Shown: positions 9,882 to 20,229, numbered from the stretch's first letter. The stretch: DNA of 64,000 bases from Candidatus Poribacteria bacterium (GCA_965197475.1 CBDANF010000002.1:928001-992000), one strand, 5' to 3'. Notes: generated from the sequence alone by a model not told the origin. Made by a program: numbers and translations.

Positions 9882-10399
9882 TGGCAGTGATTGTAGATAC
9901 AAATGTAGCTTTAGTCGCCAGTGGCCAGTCAGAACAGGCATCTGAGGATTGTGTCGCAGTTTGTGCTGAGAAGCTTGGACAAATTAACAATGGTGAAGTG
10001 AAATTAGTTTTGGATAATCAGCGGCGAATCATTGATGAATACCGGGGACATCTAAATCCAGATGGTCAACCCAGTATCGGCGATGTGTTTCTCAAATGGG
10101 TAGAGATGAATTGGGCAAATCCTGCACGGTGTGATTTAGTTTCAATTACACCTGTTGATGGTTCAGAGAATGAGTTTGAAGAGTTCCCAGATGATCCAGC
10201 GTTGGATAGTTTTGATCCAGATGATCGGAAATTTATCGCTGTCGCATGTGCACATTTAGAGAGACCTCCTATTTTGCAGGCAGTAGATAGTCAGTGGTTA
10301 GATTTCCGCAACGCATTCCGTCGAAACGGTGTGACAGTGGAGTTTATTTGCGAGGATGATATACAACGATTGCATCGGAGCACTGGAACGGAAAAGTGA
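9881..10399 (+). CDS. PIN-like domain protein, translationally coupled to the ATPase
   Basis: VIVDTNV at the N-terminus, DPDDRKFIAVA and a later acidic residue; 1-bp stop/start overlap. Confidence 0.7.
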   Translation: MAVIVDTNVALVASGQSEQASEDCVAVCAEKLGQINNGEVKLVLDNQRRIIDEYRGHLNPDGQPSIGDVFLKWVEMNWANPARCDLVSITPVDGSENEFEEFPDDPALDSFDPDDRKFIAVACAHLERPPILQAVDSQWLDFRNAFRRNGVTVEFICEDDIQRLHRSTGTEK

Positions 10400-10459
10400 A
10401 GGCTTGCTGAATGAGGTTTTGCGGTTATGAACAGTTCTTGTCTTGTTGACAAATTCTGT

Positions 10460-10488
10460 TTGACAAATAGCAAATTTTAACGTATAAT
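10460..10488 (+). promoter_or_regulatory. Perfect-consensus sigma70 promoter at the start of the second cassette
   Basis: TTGACA-N17-TATAAT. Confidence 0.75.
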
Positions 10489-10547
10489 TGCCACATGATA
10501 TGTTTCTGGGATATTTAAAAGGATATATAAACTAATGGAGAATTACA

Positions 10548-10817
10548 ATGTCTGCCGAAAGAATGACTGTGGAGGAGATGTCTAAGAAATACCCAAACGA
10601 ATGGCTGTTTATTATTGAGCCTGAAATTCGCGAGGGTACTACTATCCTTGTCTCTGGGATAGTTCAAGTTCATAGCAAATCGCGCGATGATGTGTCCGAG
10701 GCATCAAGGAAATTCAAGGGTGATGCAGCTATAAGGTGGACGGGTGATGACACATCTCAAGAACGAAGACCTAAAATGCCTTTGTATAGACCAAGAAATC
10801 TACAACTTATCTCATAA
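10548..10817 (+). CDS. Small hypothetical protein (DUF5678-like)
   Basis: GGAG RBS; KKYPNEWL...VHSKSRD pattern. Confidence 0.6.
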   Translation: MSAERMTVEEMSKKYPNEWLFIIEPEIREGTTILVSGIVQVHSKSRDDVSEASRKFKGDAAIRWTGDDTSQERRPKMPLYRPRNLQLIS

Positions 10818-11044
10818 ATCACTTGTAGTGAAAGGACTCTGTATCTTGTATGTCTCGGTTATGGAAATGCTATTCTAACAAAAAAATGAAAATAATCATG
10901 TAAATTACTTCAGAGATAAGAGGTTGTTCTTGGGCAAGTCTATACGGGTAGAATGGATAAGATTTTTCTTTGAACAAAAATTGTAGGTTGTAGTATAATT
11001 TAAATGGATGGGTTAGCCAAACCTCATAAAGAAGGGATGAATTT

Positions 11045-11830
11045 ATGCACTTTGATAATTTTGAACCTATTGAACATAGACCTAGTACTTTATATAATGT
11101 CATTTTTGAAATTCGTTTTCCTGATATTCTAAGAATAGCAAGTGAACTACCTGTTCTTTTTCAGGATTCTGTAATGAAAGAAGGTTATACTGAATTTGAA
11201 CAAGGATCCACTTCTAATCTGACTGGGCGAGTTGAAAATTATCTGCCGGACGATTTTAGAGCCTTTCATTTCTTCACTGAACAAGGGGACTGGCATTGTG
11301 TTTTAAGCAGAAATTCTCTCGGTTTACATTGCCTAGCAAATTACATGAATTCTAGTGATTTCAGGCAGAAATTAGAAAAAATTTTACAAATATTTTGTAA
11401 AATTTACACAGTTCCTTATTTCACTCGTGTTGGTATTAAACATGATAATATGGCAAATAGTGTATTTCTCCCGAATCTACAAGTGGACTTACAATCTTTT
11501 ATACCAGAATATATTTTTCCTCTGTTAAAGACATCTGTAGCAAACGATATTTTGAACTTGCAAACACAATCTGTATTTGATGACGGTGAAATAAGAGCAA
11601 TTGTAACACATTCTCTATTGCAAGTATCTGGAATATTTGCTCAAAAGCAGGTATCTAATGAGTTATCGTACGTGGTTGAGGCAGATTGTTTTTATGAACA
11701 AAAAATAGGAGTAAGAATAGATGAGATTCTCAGCAAATATGATAGACTCCATGAATTATGGTGGAATATCTTTCAGTGGAGTATCACCGAAGATTTACGG
11801 ACTGTCATCACAGAAACTTCTAACGTCTAA
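11045..11830 (+). CDS. TIGR04255-family protein
   Basis: VIFEIRFP, RVGIK..N, DCF, IFQWSIT..LR. Confidence 0.75.
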   Translation: MHFDNFEPIEHRPSTLYNVIFEIRFPDILRIASELPVLFQDSVMKEGYTEFEQGSTSNLTGRVENYLPDDFRAFHFFTEQGDWHCVLSRNSLGLHCLANYMNSSDFRQKLEKILQIFCKIYTVPYFTRVGIKHDNMANSVFLPNLQVDLQSFIPEYIFPLLKTSVANDILNLQTQSVFDDGEIRAIVTHSLLQVSGIFAQKQVSNELSYVVEADCFYEQKIGVRIDEILSKYDRLHELWWNIFQWSITEDLRTVITETSNV

Positions 11831-12632
11831 ATATGCTAATTTTCCTTCTCAAATATTAGAATATACTCAAGGTTTTGATTCAACAGGACATATTCAAAAA
11901 AATGTTTTGACATTGCCTGTGCCTACCACACAAACGCAAACACCAGCAAAGGCAACTATAGGTTCCATATCTGAACTTCTGGACGATAAAAACACACGTT
12001 TCAAGTATGATTTATTAGAATTTGAAAATCAAAAAAGACGACCCCAAGATTTTTTCTTAAATATGATTGATGACAAATTCAATCCGCAAAAGAAAATGGG
12101 ATATAATAGACCTGAAGTTTCAAATAAAAGTTTTTGGGAACACATGACACCTATTAATAGAACGAGAGACCCAATTATATCATATAAGCAGCAGGATACT
12201 ATAAAACGGATTTTTAAAGACTTGCTGAAAAAGCCTAACAGGGTATCTAGTAAATTGGATCTCCGTATTCAGCAAGATGAAATCTCAAAACAATTTGATG
12301 TGGTGAAGGAATGGAAAGAGAGCTGGAGTGAACATGGTTTAGAAAAACCTAATGATTTAACTATATCTCATGCAGAAACTGTGATAGAAACATTATTAAG
12401 CTTAATCATTCCTGCTGACTATAGATTTATTACACCATTCATTTCTGGTGATGGTGATGGTAATGTAACAGCAATATGGTATAACCAAAAACGTCAATTA
12501 CATCTTAAAATCGGAGAAAATGATGTAGAATACTTTAAAGTTTGGGGTACGAATATTAATACAGAAATGGAAGTTGATTTTCTAAAATTTGAGCATTGTT
12601 TAGAACTCTGGAAATGGTTAATTAATGGATAA
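11721..12632 (+). CDS. Hypothetical protein (true start probably downstream of 11721)
   Basis: Long AT-rich ORF overlapping both neighbours; C-terminal W.E.G...P...DG.V.A.W pattern. Confidence 0.6.
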   Translation: MRFSANMIDSMNYGGISFSGVSPKIYGLSSQKLLTSKYANFPSQILEYTQGFDSTGHIQKNVLTLPVPTTQTQTPAKATIGSISELLDDKNTRFKYDLLEFENQKRRPQDFFLNMIDDKFNPQKKMGYNRPEVSNKSFWEHMTPINRTRDPIISYKQQDTIKRIFKDLLKKPNRVSSKLDLRIQQDEISKQFDVVKEWKESWSEHGLEKPNDLTISHAETVIETLLSLIIPADYRFITPFISGDGDGNVTAIWYNQKRQLHLKIGENDVEYFKVWGTNINTEMEVDFLKFEHCLELWKWLING

Positions 12633-13128
12633 TCAAGATATTGTCCGAGATGATGAAGGTCTCTATAGGAGAGTTCCAGCGGAGTTAAAAGGTATAGCCT
12701 ATTCGGTTGTGAATGGACAATTCAAAATTCTCCCTGCGGCATTTAGGGATAGAGCGTTAACTCCATCTGTATATAGAGCTGAATTAATAAATCACGATGC
12801 TAATTTACCTCAAGAAAAAGTAGAAGACGGAGTTGTTGAAATAACAACCATACAAATACGCCAAATAGGAAGTGTGGTGACTAAAGATGAGGGACAAGTT
12901 ATCAAAGAACATTCTGTGGATGTCATTGCTGATCCTGTTGTTGCCACTAATTCTATTCTATTAGACTCTGCACATGCACTAATTGTTGTAAATCCAAAAT
13001 ACCTTGGCTCAAAAAACAAGCAAAGGAATACATTTGATTTGTTAAAAATAGCACTTTCTACGCTTGCTAATGAAAATGGATGGATAATAGAACCAACTCC
13101 GCCTCAATCTAATAGCATTGATAGTTAG
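12625..13128 (+). CDS. Hypothetical protein, possible ADP-ribosyltransferase-like toxin
   Basis: LYRRVP...AF...SVY...DP...AHALI pattern; 8-bp overlap with the upstream gene. Confidence 0.55.
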   Translation: MDNQDIVRDDEGLYRRVPAELKGIAYSVVNGQFKILPAAFRDRALTPSVYRAELINHDANLPQEKVEDGVVEITTIQIRQIGSVVTKDEGQVIKEHSVDVIADPVVATNSILLDSAHALIVVNPKYLGSKNKQRNTFDLLKIALSTLANENGWIIEPTPPQSNSIDS

Positions 13129-13405
13129 TGGTGTATTTATAGTGAGGCATATATGTCAAATCGTAACACGAGTGTATCGTTAAAATATATGCTGTGTAAC
13201 AGTCAAGTAAATTGTCAGGCGTGTTTCTCTCTTATGGTTACACGCCTATATCTTTTCTAATGAGGCAGGGGAAGAGTCAATAGTTACTGAGCAACTTTGA
13301 TAAATATCAGATTATATTTTAGAAATGGTATTAGATGATATACAACGATCGCAAAGGAGCACTGGAGCGGAAAAGTGAAGGCTTGCTGAATGAGGTATTG
13401 GAATT

Positions 13406-14692
13406 ATGAGACGTTATCCTGAATATAAAGAGAGTGGTGTGGAGTGGATTGGAAAGATGCCACAGGATTGGGAACTTGTCAGAGGCAAGTTTATATTAAG
13501 TCATAAAAAAGAGATAAATTCTGATTTCCAATGTGACAATTTGCTCTCACTTACTCTAAACGGTGTCTTGAGAAAAGATATGAATTCAGCTGAGGGACTT
13601 AGACCAAGTGATTATGCAACTTATCAGGTTTTCTACCCAGAAAATCTTGTGTTTAAGTTAATTGATTTAGAGAATATTCAGACGAGTAGAGTCGGTATAG
13701 TTCCTGAAAAAGGTATTATGAGTCCCGTATATATTAGACTTGAGAGTAACAGTGATTTACACGAAAGATATTACTTCTATCAATACTATGATTTGTACAA
13801 GAAACACATTTTCAATTTCTTAGGAAAGGGTGTGCGTTCTTCCCTTAGTCCATCAAATTTATTAGAGATTCCGTTGGTCTTCCCAACGCCCTCTGAACAA
13901 ATCCAAATCGCCAACTTCCTTGACCGCAAAACCGAACAGATTGACGAACTCATCCGCATCAAAGAAAGACGGATAGAACTACTGCAGGAACAACGCACCG
14001 CACTGATAAATCAGGCAGTGACAAAGGGGCTTGACCCAAATGTGGAGATGAAACCGTCGGGCGCGGAGTGGATTGGGGAGATACCAAAGAATTGGTGTAA
14101 AGTTACCGTTGGTAATTTAGGAAAGGTGATCACAGGTTATACTCCACCAACCCAAAATATAGAGTATTTTGGCAATAAGTATCCCTTCATTACTCCGACG
14201 GACATAATGACAGATTCTCGTACCGTTCAAACTGAACGTTTTTTATCTCAGAAAGGTCATGAATATAATAAGAGTCGCTTGCTTCCCAAAAATGCTGTTT
14301 GTGTCACCTGTATTGCAAGCATCGGTAAGATTTGCATGACAACTGTCTCCAGCATAACGAATCAACAAATAAACAGTGTCGTAGTGAATCAAGACAAATA
14401 CAATCCATGCTTTGTCTATTATCTTTTAAAAAACACAACAGATGTAATTCAAAGTGTCGCAAATAGCGCGACAACTCCTATAGTCAATAAATCAACCTTT
14501 GTAAACATCAATATTTGTGTTCCACCACTAAATGAGCAAACCCAAATTGCTAACTTCCTTGACCAAAAAACCGAACAGATTGACGAACTCATAGCCGCAG
14601 AACATCAAAAAATTGAACTCCTTAAAGAATACCGTCAATCCCTCATCTCCGAAGCAGTGACTGGCAAGATAGATGTCCGAAACGAGGTTTAG
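13406..14692 (+). CDS. hsdS: Type I RM specificity subunit
   Basis: YPEYKESGVEWIG; two TRDs each followed by EQ.QIANFLD.KTEQIDELI; AVTGKIDVR. Confidence 0.95.
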   Translation: MRRYPEYKESGVEWIGKMPQDWELVRGKFILSHKKEINSDFQCDNLLSLTLNGVLRKDMNSAEGLRPSDYATYQVFYPENLVFKLIDLENIQTSRVGIVPEKGIMSPVYIRLESNSDLHERYYFYQYYDLYKKHIFNFLGKGVRSSLSPSNLLEIPLVFPTPSEQIQIANFLDRKTEQIDELIRIKERRIELLQEQRTALINQAVTKGLDPNVEMKPSGAEWIGEIPKNWCKVTVGNLGKVITGYTPPTQNIEYFGNKYPFITPTDIMTDSRTVQTERFLSQKGHEYNKSRLLPKNAVCVTCIASIGKICMTTVSSITNQQINSVVVNQDKYNPCFVYYLLKNTTDVIQSVANSATTPIVNKSTFVNINICVPPLNEQTQIANFLDQKTEQIDELIAAEHQKIELLKEYRQSLISEAVTGKIDVRNEV

Positions 14693-14695
14693 ACC

Positions 14696-17600
14696 ATGCC
14701 GACATATACAGAAGAAAGATTTGAAGATCACATTGAAGCACATCTGAATCAGTCGGGCTACCAGTCGTTACAATCTACTGACTACGATGAATCTCTCTGC
14801 CAAATACCCGATGAGACGTTAAAGTTTATTCAAGACACGCAATCGGAGGAGTATCAAAAACTGGAACGTCAGTATGGCACGGATACACCAATTAAACTTT
14901 TGGACCGTGTGAATAGAGAAATCGACCGTCGTGGCGTAAATGACCGTCGTGGCGTGCTGGACGTGTTACGGAATGGCGTTAAGGATCGGGGTTGTCACTT
15001 TAAACTGGCATACCCACCACCATCAAGTGACATGAACCCCGAACATAAAGAATTCTACGATAAAAACCGATTCTCACTAATTCGGCAATTGCACTATTCA
15101 CAGCAGAACGAGAAATCGGTTGATATGGTGTTGTTCCTCAACGGTCTACCGTTAGTAACAATGGAACTGAAAAACAGCCTCACAGGACAGACGGTGGCAG
15201 ATGCAGAGAAACAGTACCGAACAGATCGGGATCCGAGAGAACCGTTGTTCCAATTTAAGCGGTGTCTGGTTCACTTTGCGGTGGGCAACGAGAAGGTGTC
15301 CATGACAACGCGATTGCAGCTTGACAAAACACGGTTCTTTCCGTTTAACAAGGACATCGAAAATCCTGTTAATCCGAATGGACACAAAACCGCATATTTG
15401 TGGGAGGACATCCTGCAGCCTGATAACCTGATGGAATTAATCTATAACTTTATTCATGAGCAAGAGGCCACAGAAAAGGTTTACGATCCCAAAATTGCAA
15501 TGGTAAAAGATGTGAAACACAACGTGCTTATATTCCCTCGATACCATCAACTTGATGTGATTCGTAATTTGAAAGCTACTATCGTCAATGAGGATGTGGG
15601 ACATAACTATCTGATCCAACACACCACAGGAAGCGGCAAATCAAACTCCATCGCGTGGTTAGCACATCTGCTAACACATCTTTACAGTGATAAGACACAG
15701 ACAAAACGTATTTTCGACTCTGTCATCGTTGTAACCGATCGACGCGTGCTTGATAGGCAGCTGCAGGAGACGATCAAGCAGTCGGAGCAGGTTGAAGGAG
15801 TCGTTCATTCTGTTGATAAGAACTCGGCACAACTCAGGGAATACCTTGAATCTGGTAAGAACATCATTATCTCAACGATTCAGAAGTTTAATGTAATAGC
15901 AGAGACGATCGGCGCGCTCAAAAGCAAGACCTTTGCAGTAATTATAGACGAAGTGCACTCCTCACAGACAGGCGAGTCCGCACGAAACCTCAGAGCCTCA
16001 CTCTCAAGAGGGATAGAGCAAGAGGAAAATATAGAAGATAATGACCCAGACGAGGTAGAATCAGATATTGATGCTAAAATTATTGCGGAGATGGAACAGC
16101 GTAGGATGCAGGATCATATCTCCTATTTCGGTTTCAGCGGCACACCGAAAAACAAGACTTTAGAACTGTTTGGACGAAAAAATGAAGATGGTGCATTTTT
16201 TCCATTCGACGTTTATCCGATGCACCAGAGCATCAGCGAAGGTTTTACACTGGACGTATTACAGAACTACACGACCTTTAAGCGGTATTTTCAACTGGTG
16301 AAAAGTGTTTCGGAGGATAAGGAGTACGAAAAGGCGCGCACACTTCGCACACTCACCAATTACGTTGACCTGCAACGCCACAGTATTGAGATGAAAACCA
16401 AGATAATGTTGGAACACTTCATCGAACACACGGCAAAAACGATACAAGGTAAGGGACGTGCAATGTTAATCACACCGTCCCGATTGCACTGTGTCAGATA
16501 CAAGCAGGAGTTTGATAAACAGATGCGTGTAATGGCACTTCCTTACGGTTGTCTGGTGGCTTTCAGTGGCACAGTGACCGATAAAGATAACGGACTGGAT
16601 TATACTGAAAATGGGATGAATGCGTTGCCTCCAGGGGTTAAGACAGAAGATGCATTCAAGGATCCACAGTATCGGATTTTGATTGTGGCTAATAAGTTCC
16701 AGACCGGATATGATGAACCACTATTACAGACAATGTATGTTGATAAGAAGTTAGAGGGGTTGCAATGTGTTCAGACTCTGAGTCGACTGAACCGCGTCAT
16801 GTCCGGTAAAACAGATGTGTTGGTGCTTGACTTTGTGAATGACCCAGAACAGGTACAAGAAGCGTTTCAACAATACTATGGGACCACGACACTCGCGGAG
16901 GAGACGGATCCGAACAAGTTGTATGACCTACAGAGCCTTTTAGAAGGTTTTGACCTTTACGACGAGGAGACCATTGAGAAATTCTGCGGTATTTTTTATA
17001 GCAAGAATAAACCTGACGAATTGCTGCAGGGCATCCTTGATGGTGTTGTTGAGAAATGGTCCGAACGTGAAACAGATGAAAGAGAGGAGTTTCGTTCTGC
17101 CTTACAAAGTTATATCCGACTCTACGGATACATCTCACAGTTGATTACCTTTAACGATGTGGCGTGGGAAAAGTTGTATATCTTTGGTCGCCACCTGAAC
17201 AAGAAACTACCGAAGCGGGAACACTCGGACTTACAAGGTCTCCTTGAGTCTGTGGACTTGGATTCGTTTCGAGTGCAAAAGACCTATGAAAACCTAAACC
17301 TTTCCCTTGACCCACGGGATAGTGAGTTAGAAGGGATAAGCAGCGGTGTGGGTGCAATCAGAGAACCTGAGCAGGATTTCCTCTCCAATATCATTAACAC
17401 GCTAAACGATGCCCATCAGACAAATTTTACATCAGGAGATAAGGTTGACATTGCGACTATTAACCAAAAAGTGTTAGATCACGAAGAACTTCGGCAGGTA
17501 ATTGATGGTGATAATACGGAGACCAACAAAAGGTATAAGTTTGATCAAGTGATTGATGAGATTTTATTGGATTTTGTCAATAGCAAACTGGAACTCTATA

Positions 17601-17698
17601 CGAAATTATCAAAACCAGAGATCAATGACGATCTCAAGCAACGTCTCTATCAAGCCTATTGTGAGCAACCGTCTACCGCCGTGCAAAGGAGCGATTAG
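14696..17698 (+). CDS. hsdR: Type I RM restriction subunit
   Basis: D.VLFLNGLP..MELKN, HTTGSGKS, IIDEVHSSQ, KFQTGYDEP, QTLSRLNR. Confidence 0.95.
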   Translation: MPTYTEERFEDHIEAHLNQSGYQSLQSTDYDESLCQIPDETLKFIQDTQSEEYQKLERQYGTDTPIKLLDRVNREIDRRGVNDRRGVLDVLRNGVKDRGCHFKLAYPPPSSDMNPEHKEFYDKNRFSLIRQLHYSQQNEKSVDMVLFLNGLPLVTMELKNSLTGQTVADAEKQYRTDRDPREPLFQFKRCLVHFAVGNEKVSMTTRLQLDKTRFFPFNKDIENPVNPNGHKTAYLWEDILQPDNLMELIYNFIHEQEATEKVYDPKIAMVKDVKHNVLIFPRYHQLDVIRNLKATIVNEDVGHNYLIQHTTGSGKSNSIAWLAHLLTHLYSDKTQTKRIFDSVIVVTDRRVLDRQLQETIKQSEQVEGVVHSVDKNSAQLREYLESGKNIIISTIQKFNVIAETIGALKSKTFAVIIDEVHSSQTGESARNLRASLSRGIEQEENIEDNDPDEVESDIDAKIIAEMEQRRMQDHISYFGFSGTPKNKTLELFGRKNEDGAFFPFDVYPMHQSISEGFTLDVLQNYTTFKRYFQLVKSVSEDKEYEKARTLRTLTNYVDLQRHSIEMKTKIMLEHFIEHTAKTIQGKGRAMLITPSRLHCVRYKQEFDKQMRVMALPYGCLVAFSGTVTDKDNGLDYTENGMNALPPGVKTEDAFKDPQYRILIVANKFQTGYDEPLLQTMYVDKKLEGLQCVQTLSRLNRVMSGKTDVLVLDFVNDPEQVQEAFQQYYGTTTLAEETDPNKLYDLQSLLEGFDLYDEETIEKFCGIFYSKNKPDELLQGILDGVVEKWSERETDEREEFRSALQSYIRLYGYISQLITFNDVAWEKLYIFGRHLNKKLPKREHSDLQGLLESVDLDSFRVQKTYENLNLSLDPRDSELEGISSGVGAIREPEQDFLSNIINTLNDAHQTNFTSGDKVDIATINQKVLDHEELRQVIDGDNTETNKRYKFDQVIDEILLDFVNSKLELYTKLSKPEINDDLKQRLYQAYCEQPSTAVQRSD

Positions 17699-17758
17699 GG
17701 AAAGTGGTGGAGCGACACCGCGGGTATCTGTTCAAGCACCTGCTGTGAATCTTGGTAA

Positions 17759-18949
17759 ATGGAATCATCAAATACTATGGCACAAAATTCTACAAACATC
17801 CCCTTCTGGCGAGATATTCGCGTTCTACGCGTACTGTTCCAAATCCTTTTTCTCGTTGGAGTATGCTTGTTAGCAGGTGTTCTCTACACAAATATGTTAA
17901 AAGGGTTGAACGATCTCGATTTAACGCTCAACCTTGATTTTTTGGGAAATGAAGCGGGATTTGGTATCTCCGAAAGTATTATTGAATATGACCCTTCAGA
18001 ATCGTATCTCAAAGCTTTTTGGGTGGGGGTGCTCAATACCCTAAAGGTTAGCTTGATAGGAATTGTATGTGCAACAGTATTGGGACTCTTTTTCGGCATC
18101 GGTCGATTATCAAGCAACTGGTTGATTCGAAACATAGCGACTGCCTATGTTGAATGTTTCCGTAATATTCCGCTCCTACTTCAGATATTGTTTTGGTACA
18201 CTGCAGTTATAAGGCAACTTCCCTCAGTTAGCAAAAGTATTTCGCTTTCAGAATCGGTGTTCATTAATAACAGAGGAATATATTTACCTTCACTCATACC
18301 AACCCCGGAGATAAGATTTTGGCTCGGTTTTCTGGTTGCGGGTTTTCTATTAGCTGTAATTCTCTACATGTGGCGGTGGCGAAAACTTCAAAAGTTGGAT
18401 CGTCCCGGTTTTCGAGCTAAGTGGGCACTTCCTGCTTTCCTTATAGTTGCAGTCTTTGGATGGTTTCTCACACCGGGCAGACCGTTGACGCTGGATTTAC
18501 CGGCCCTTGAAGGTTTCAACTTCATGGGAGGGCTACGGTTTACGCCCGAATTCTCTGCACTTTTAATTGGGCTCTCTATGTATACGGGAGCATTTATAGC
18601 TGAGATCGTGAGGAGTGGTATACAGGCAGTAGCAAAAGGACAGCGGGAAGCCGCAAATGCTGTCGGTTTAAAAGCAGGACAGACGTTACGTCTAATTGTT
18701 CTACCCCAAGCTGTTCCCATCATTGTTCCACCACTTACGAGCCAGTACCTGAACCTCGCGAAAAACTCAAGTTTAGCAGTCGCAATCGGTTTTCCAGACC
18801 TATTTAGAATTGGAGAAACCATGATATCTCAAACTGGACAATCAATCCCCGTTTTTGCAATGATTATGGTAAGTTATCTGATAATGAGTCTTACGACATC
18901 AGCTGCTATGAATTGGTACAACAACCGGATTACCCGGATTAGAAGATGA
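17759..18949 (+). CDS. aapQ: Amino acid ABC transporter permease
   Basis: Multiple TM helices; FRNIPLLLQ, AEIVRSGI, KGQREAA, KNSSLA. Confidence 0.9.
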   Translation: MESSNTMAQNSTNIPFWRDIRVLRVLFQILFLVGVCLLAGVLYTNMLKGLNDLDLTLNLDFLGNEAGFGISESIIEYDPSESYLKAFWVGVLNTLKVSLIGIVCATVLGLFFGIGRLSSNWLIRNIATAYVECFRNIPLLLQILFWYTAVIRQLPSVSKSISLSESVFINNRGIYLPSLIPTPEIRFWLGFLVAGFLLAVILYMWRWRKLQKLDRPGFRAKWALPAFLIVAVFGWFLTPGRPLTLDLPALEGFNFMGGLRFTPEFSALLIGLSMYTGAFIAEIVRSGIQAVAKGQREAANAVGLKAGQTLRLIVLPQAVPIIVPPLTSQYLNLAKNSSLAVAIGFPDLFRIGETMISQTGQSIPVFAMIMVSYLIMSLTTSAAMNWYNNRITRIRR

Positions 18950-19010
18950 TGAAAGTATGTCTGTTGATGTGCTGTCAAAATATACGTATTAATACAAGGA
19001 ACATCACATA

Positions 19011-20192
19011 GTGGAAGCACAAGAAGATATTCAACAAATTAAACCTCCAACTCACGCGAAAGGACTGGCGGGTTGGCTTAGGGAAAACCTATTTAGCACT
19101 TGGTATAACGTCCTTCTGACCTTAGCGGCTCTTACGTTTCTATTTTTTATTTTTAAGGGTTTTTTGACGTGGGCGTTCACAGGTGCAAAGTGGAGCGTTA
19201 TTCCTGCCAACCTTCAACTTTTTGCAGTCGGTACTTATCCGAGGGAACATATCTGGCGTGTATGGAGCGTGATTTATATTTTAAGCGTGTTGATAGGTTT
19301 GAGTGCTGGAATATGGAGTGGATTGGTTCGCCGATTTGCCGTTGTGATCGGTGGTATTTGGTTGATTGGTGCCCTTCTCCCTTTTGAACTCTCAACTCGC
19401 GGATGGTTCTTAGGTGCAGTCGCTTTGATAGGAATCTCTCTTTTTCTGGGGCGTGGTCGGAACAGTTTGCGACGTTGGATTTTGGGATGCTGGCTTCTCT
19501 CTTTTCCCTTGATAATGATAGTGCTACATGGGTTCGGAGAAAATGCTGTGCTGACAAGCAAATGGGGAGGGCTGCTCCTTACACTAATTCTGGCAGTTGT
19601 GGGGATTGTCGTTTCCTTTCCGCTTGGTGTGTTTTTAGCACTCTGCCGCCAGAGTACGCTACCAGCTATCCGATGGGTTTCAACTGCCTATATTGAAACG
19701 GTTCGCGGCGTTCCTTTAATAACAATCCTGTTCATGGGAAGTGTCTTAATACCGATCTTTATGTCGGGTATTGAAATTGACCAAGTTTTACGGATGATGA
19801 TCGGAATAACCCTCTTTTCTGCAGCATACATGGCAGAAAACATCCGTGGCGGACTGCAATCGATTCCCAGAGGGCAACATGAGGCTGCGCAAGCAGTGGG
19901 ACTCAATTATGTGCAGACGATGTTGTTTATCGTTTTACCACAAGCACTCCGTTCAGTGATACCCGCAATTGTTGGGCAGTTTATAGCACTCTTTAAAGAT
20001 ACATCTTTAGTGTCTATCATTGGGCTCATTGATCTATTAGGTGTTGCCAAAAGCGTTATCGCAAATCCCGACTGGCAAGGTCTTCAAGCCGAGGTATATC
20101 TGTTCGCCGCAGTTATCTATTTTGTTTTCAGTTATTCAATGTCCTATGTCAGCAAGGAAGTTGAAACATCCCTCGGTGTAGGAAAAATGTAG
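19011..20192 (+). CDS. aapM: Amino acid ABC transporter permease
   Basis: WLRENLFS.W, RGVPLI, AENIRGGLQ, FKDTSL. Confidence 0.9.
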   Translation: MEAQEDIQQIKPPTHAKGLAGWLRENLFSTWYNVLLTLAALTFLFFIFKGFLTWAFTGAKWSVIPANLQLFAVGTYPREHIWRVWSVIYILSVLIGLSAGIWSGLVRRFAVVIGGIWLIGALLPFELSTRGWFLGAVALIGISLFLGRGRNSLRRWILGCWLLSFPLIMIVLHGFGENAVLTSKWGGLLLTLILAVVGIVVSFPLGVFLALCRQSTLPAIRWVSTAYIETVRGVPLITILFMGSVLIPIFMSGIEIDQVLRMMIGITLFSAAYMAENIRGGLQSIPRGQHEAAQAVGLNYVQTMLFIVLPQALRSVIPAIVGQFIALFKDTSLVSIIGLIDLLGVAKSVIANPDWQGLQAEVYLFAAVIYFVFSYSMSYVSKEVETSLGVGKM

Positions 20193-20229
20193 CATCTTTT
20201 AATCGCAAATCCCGTTAAGGAATATAAAA

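Noticed and set aside
8592-13409. Three spaced direct repeats as a CRISPR array or integron attC sites
   Set aside because: The repeats are coding hsdM sequence, not palindromic, kilobases apart, and there is no cas gene or integron integrase.
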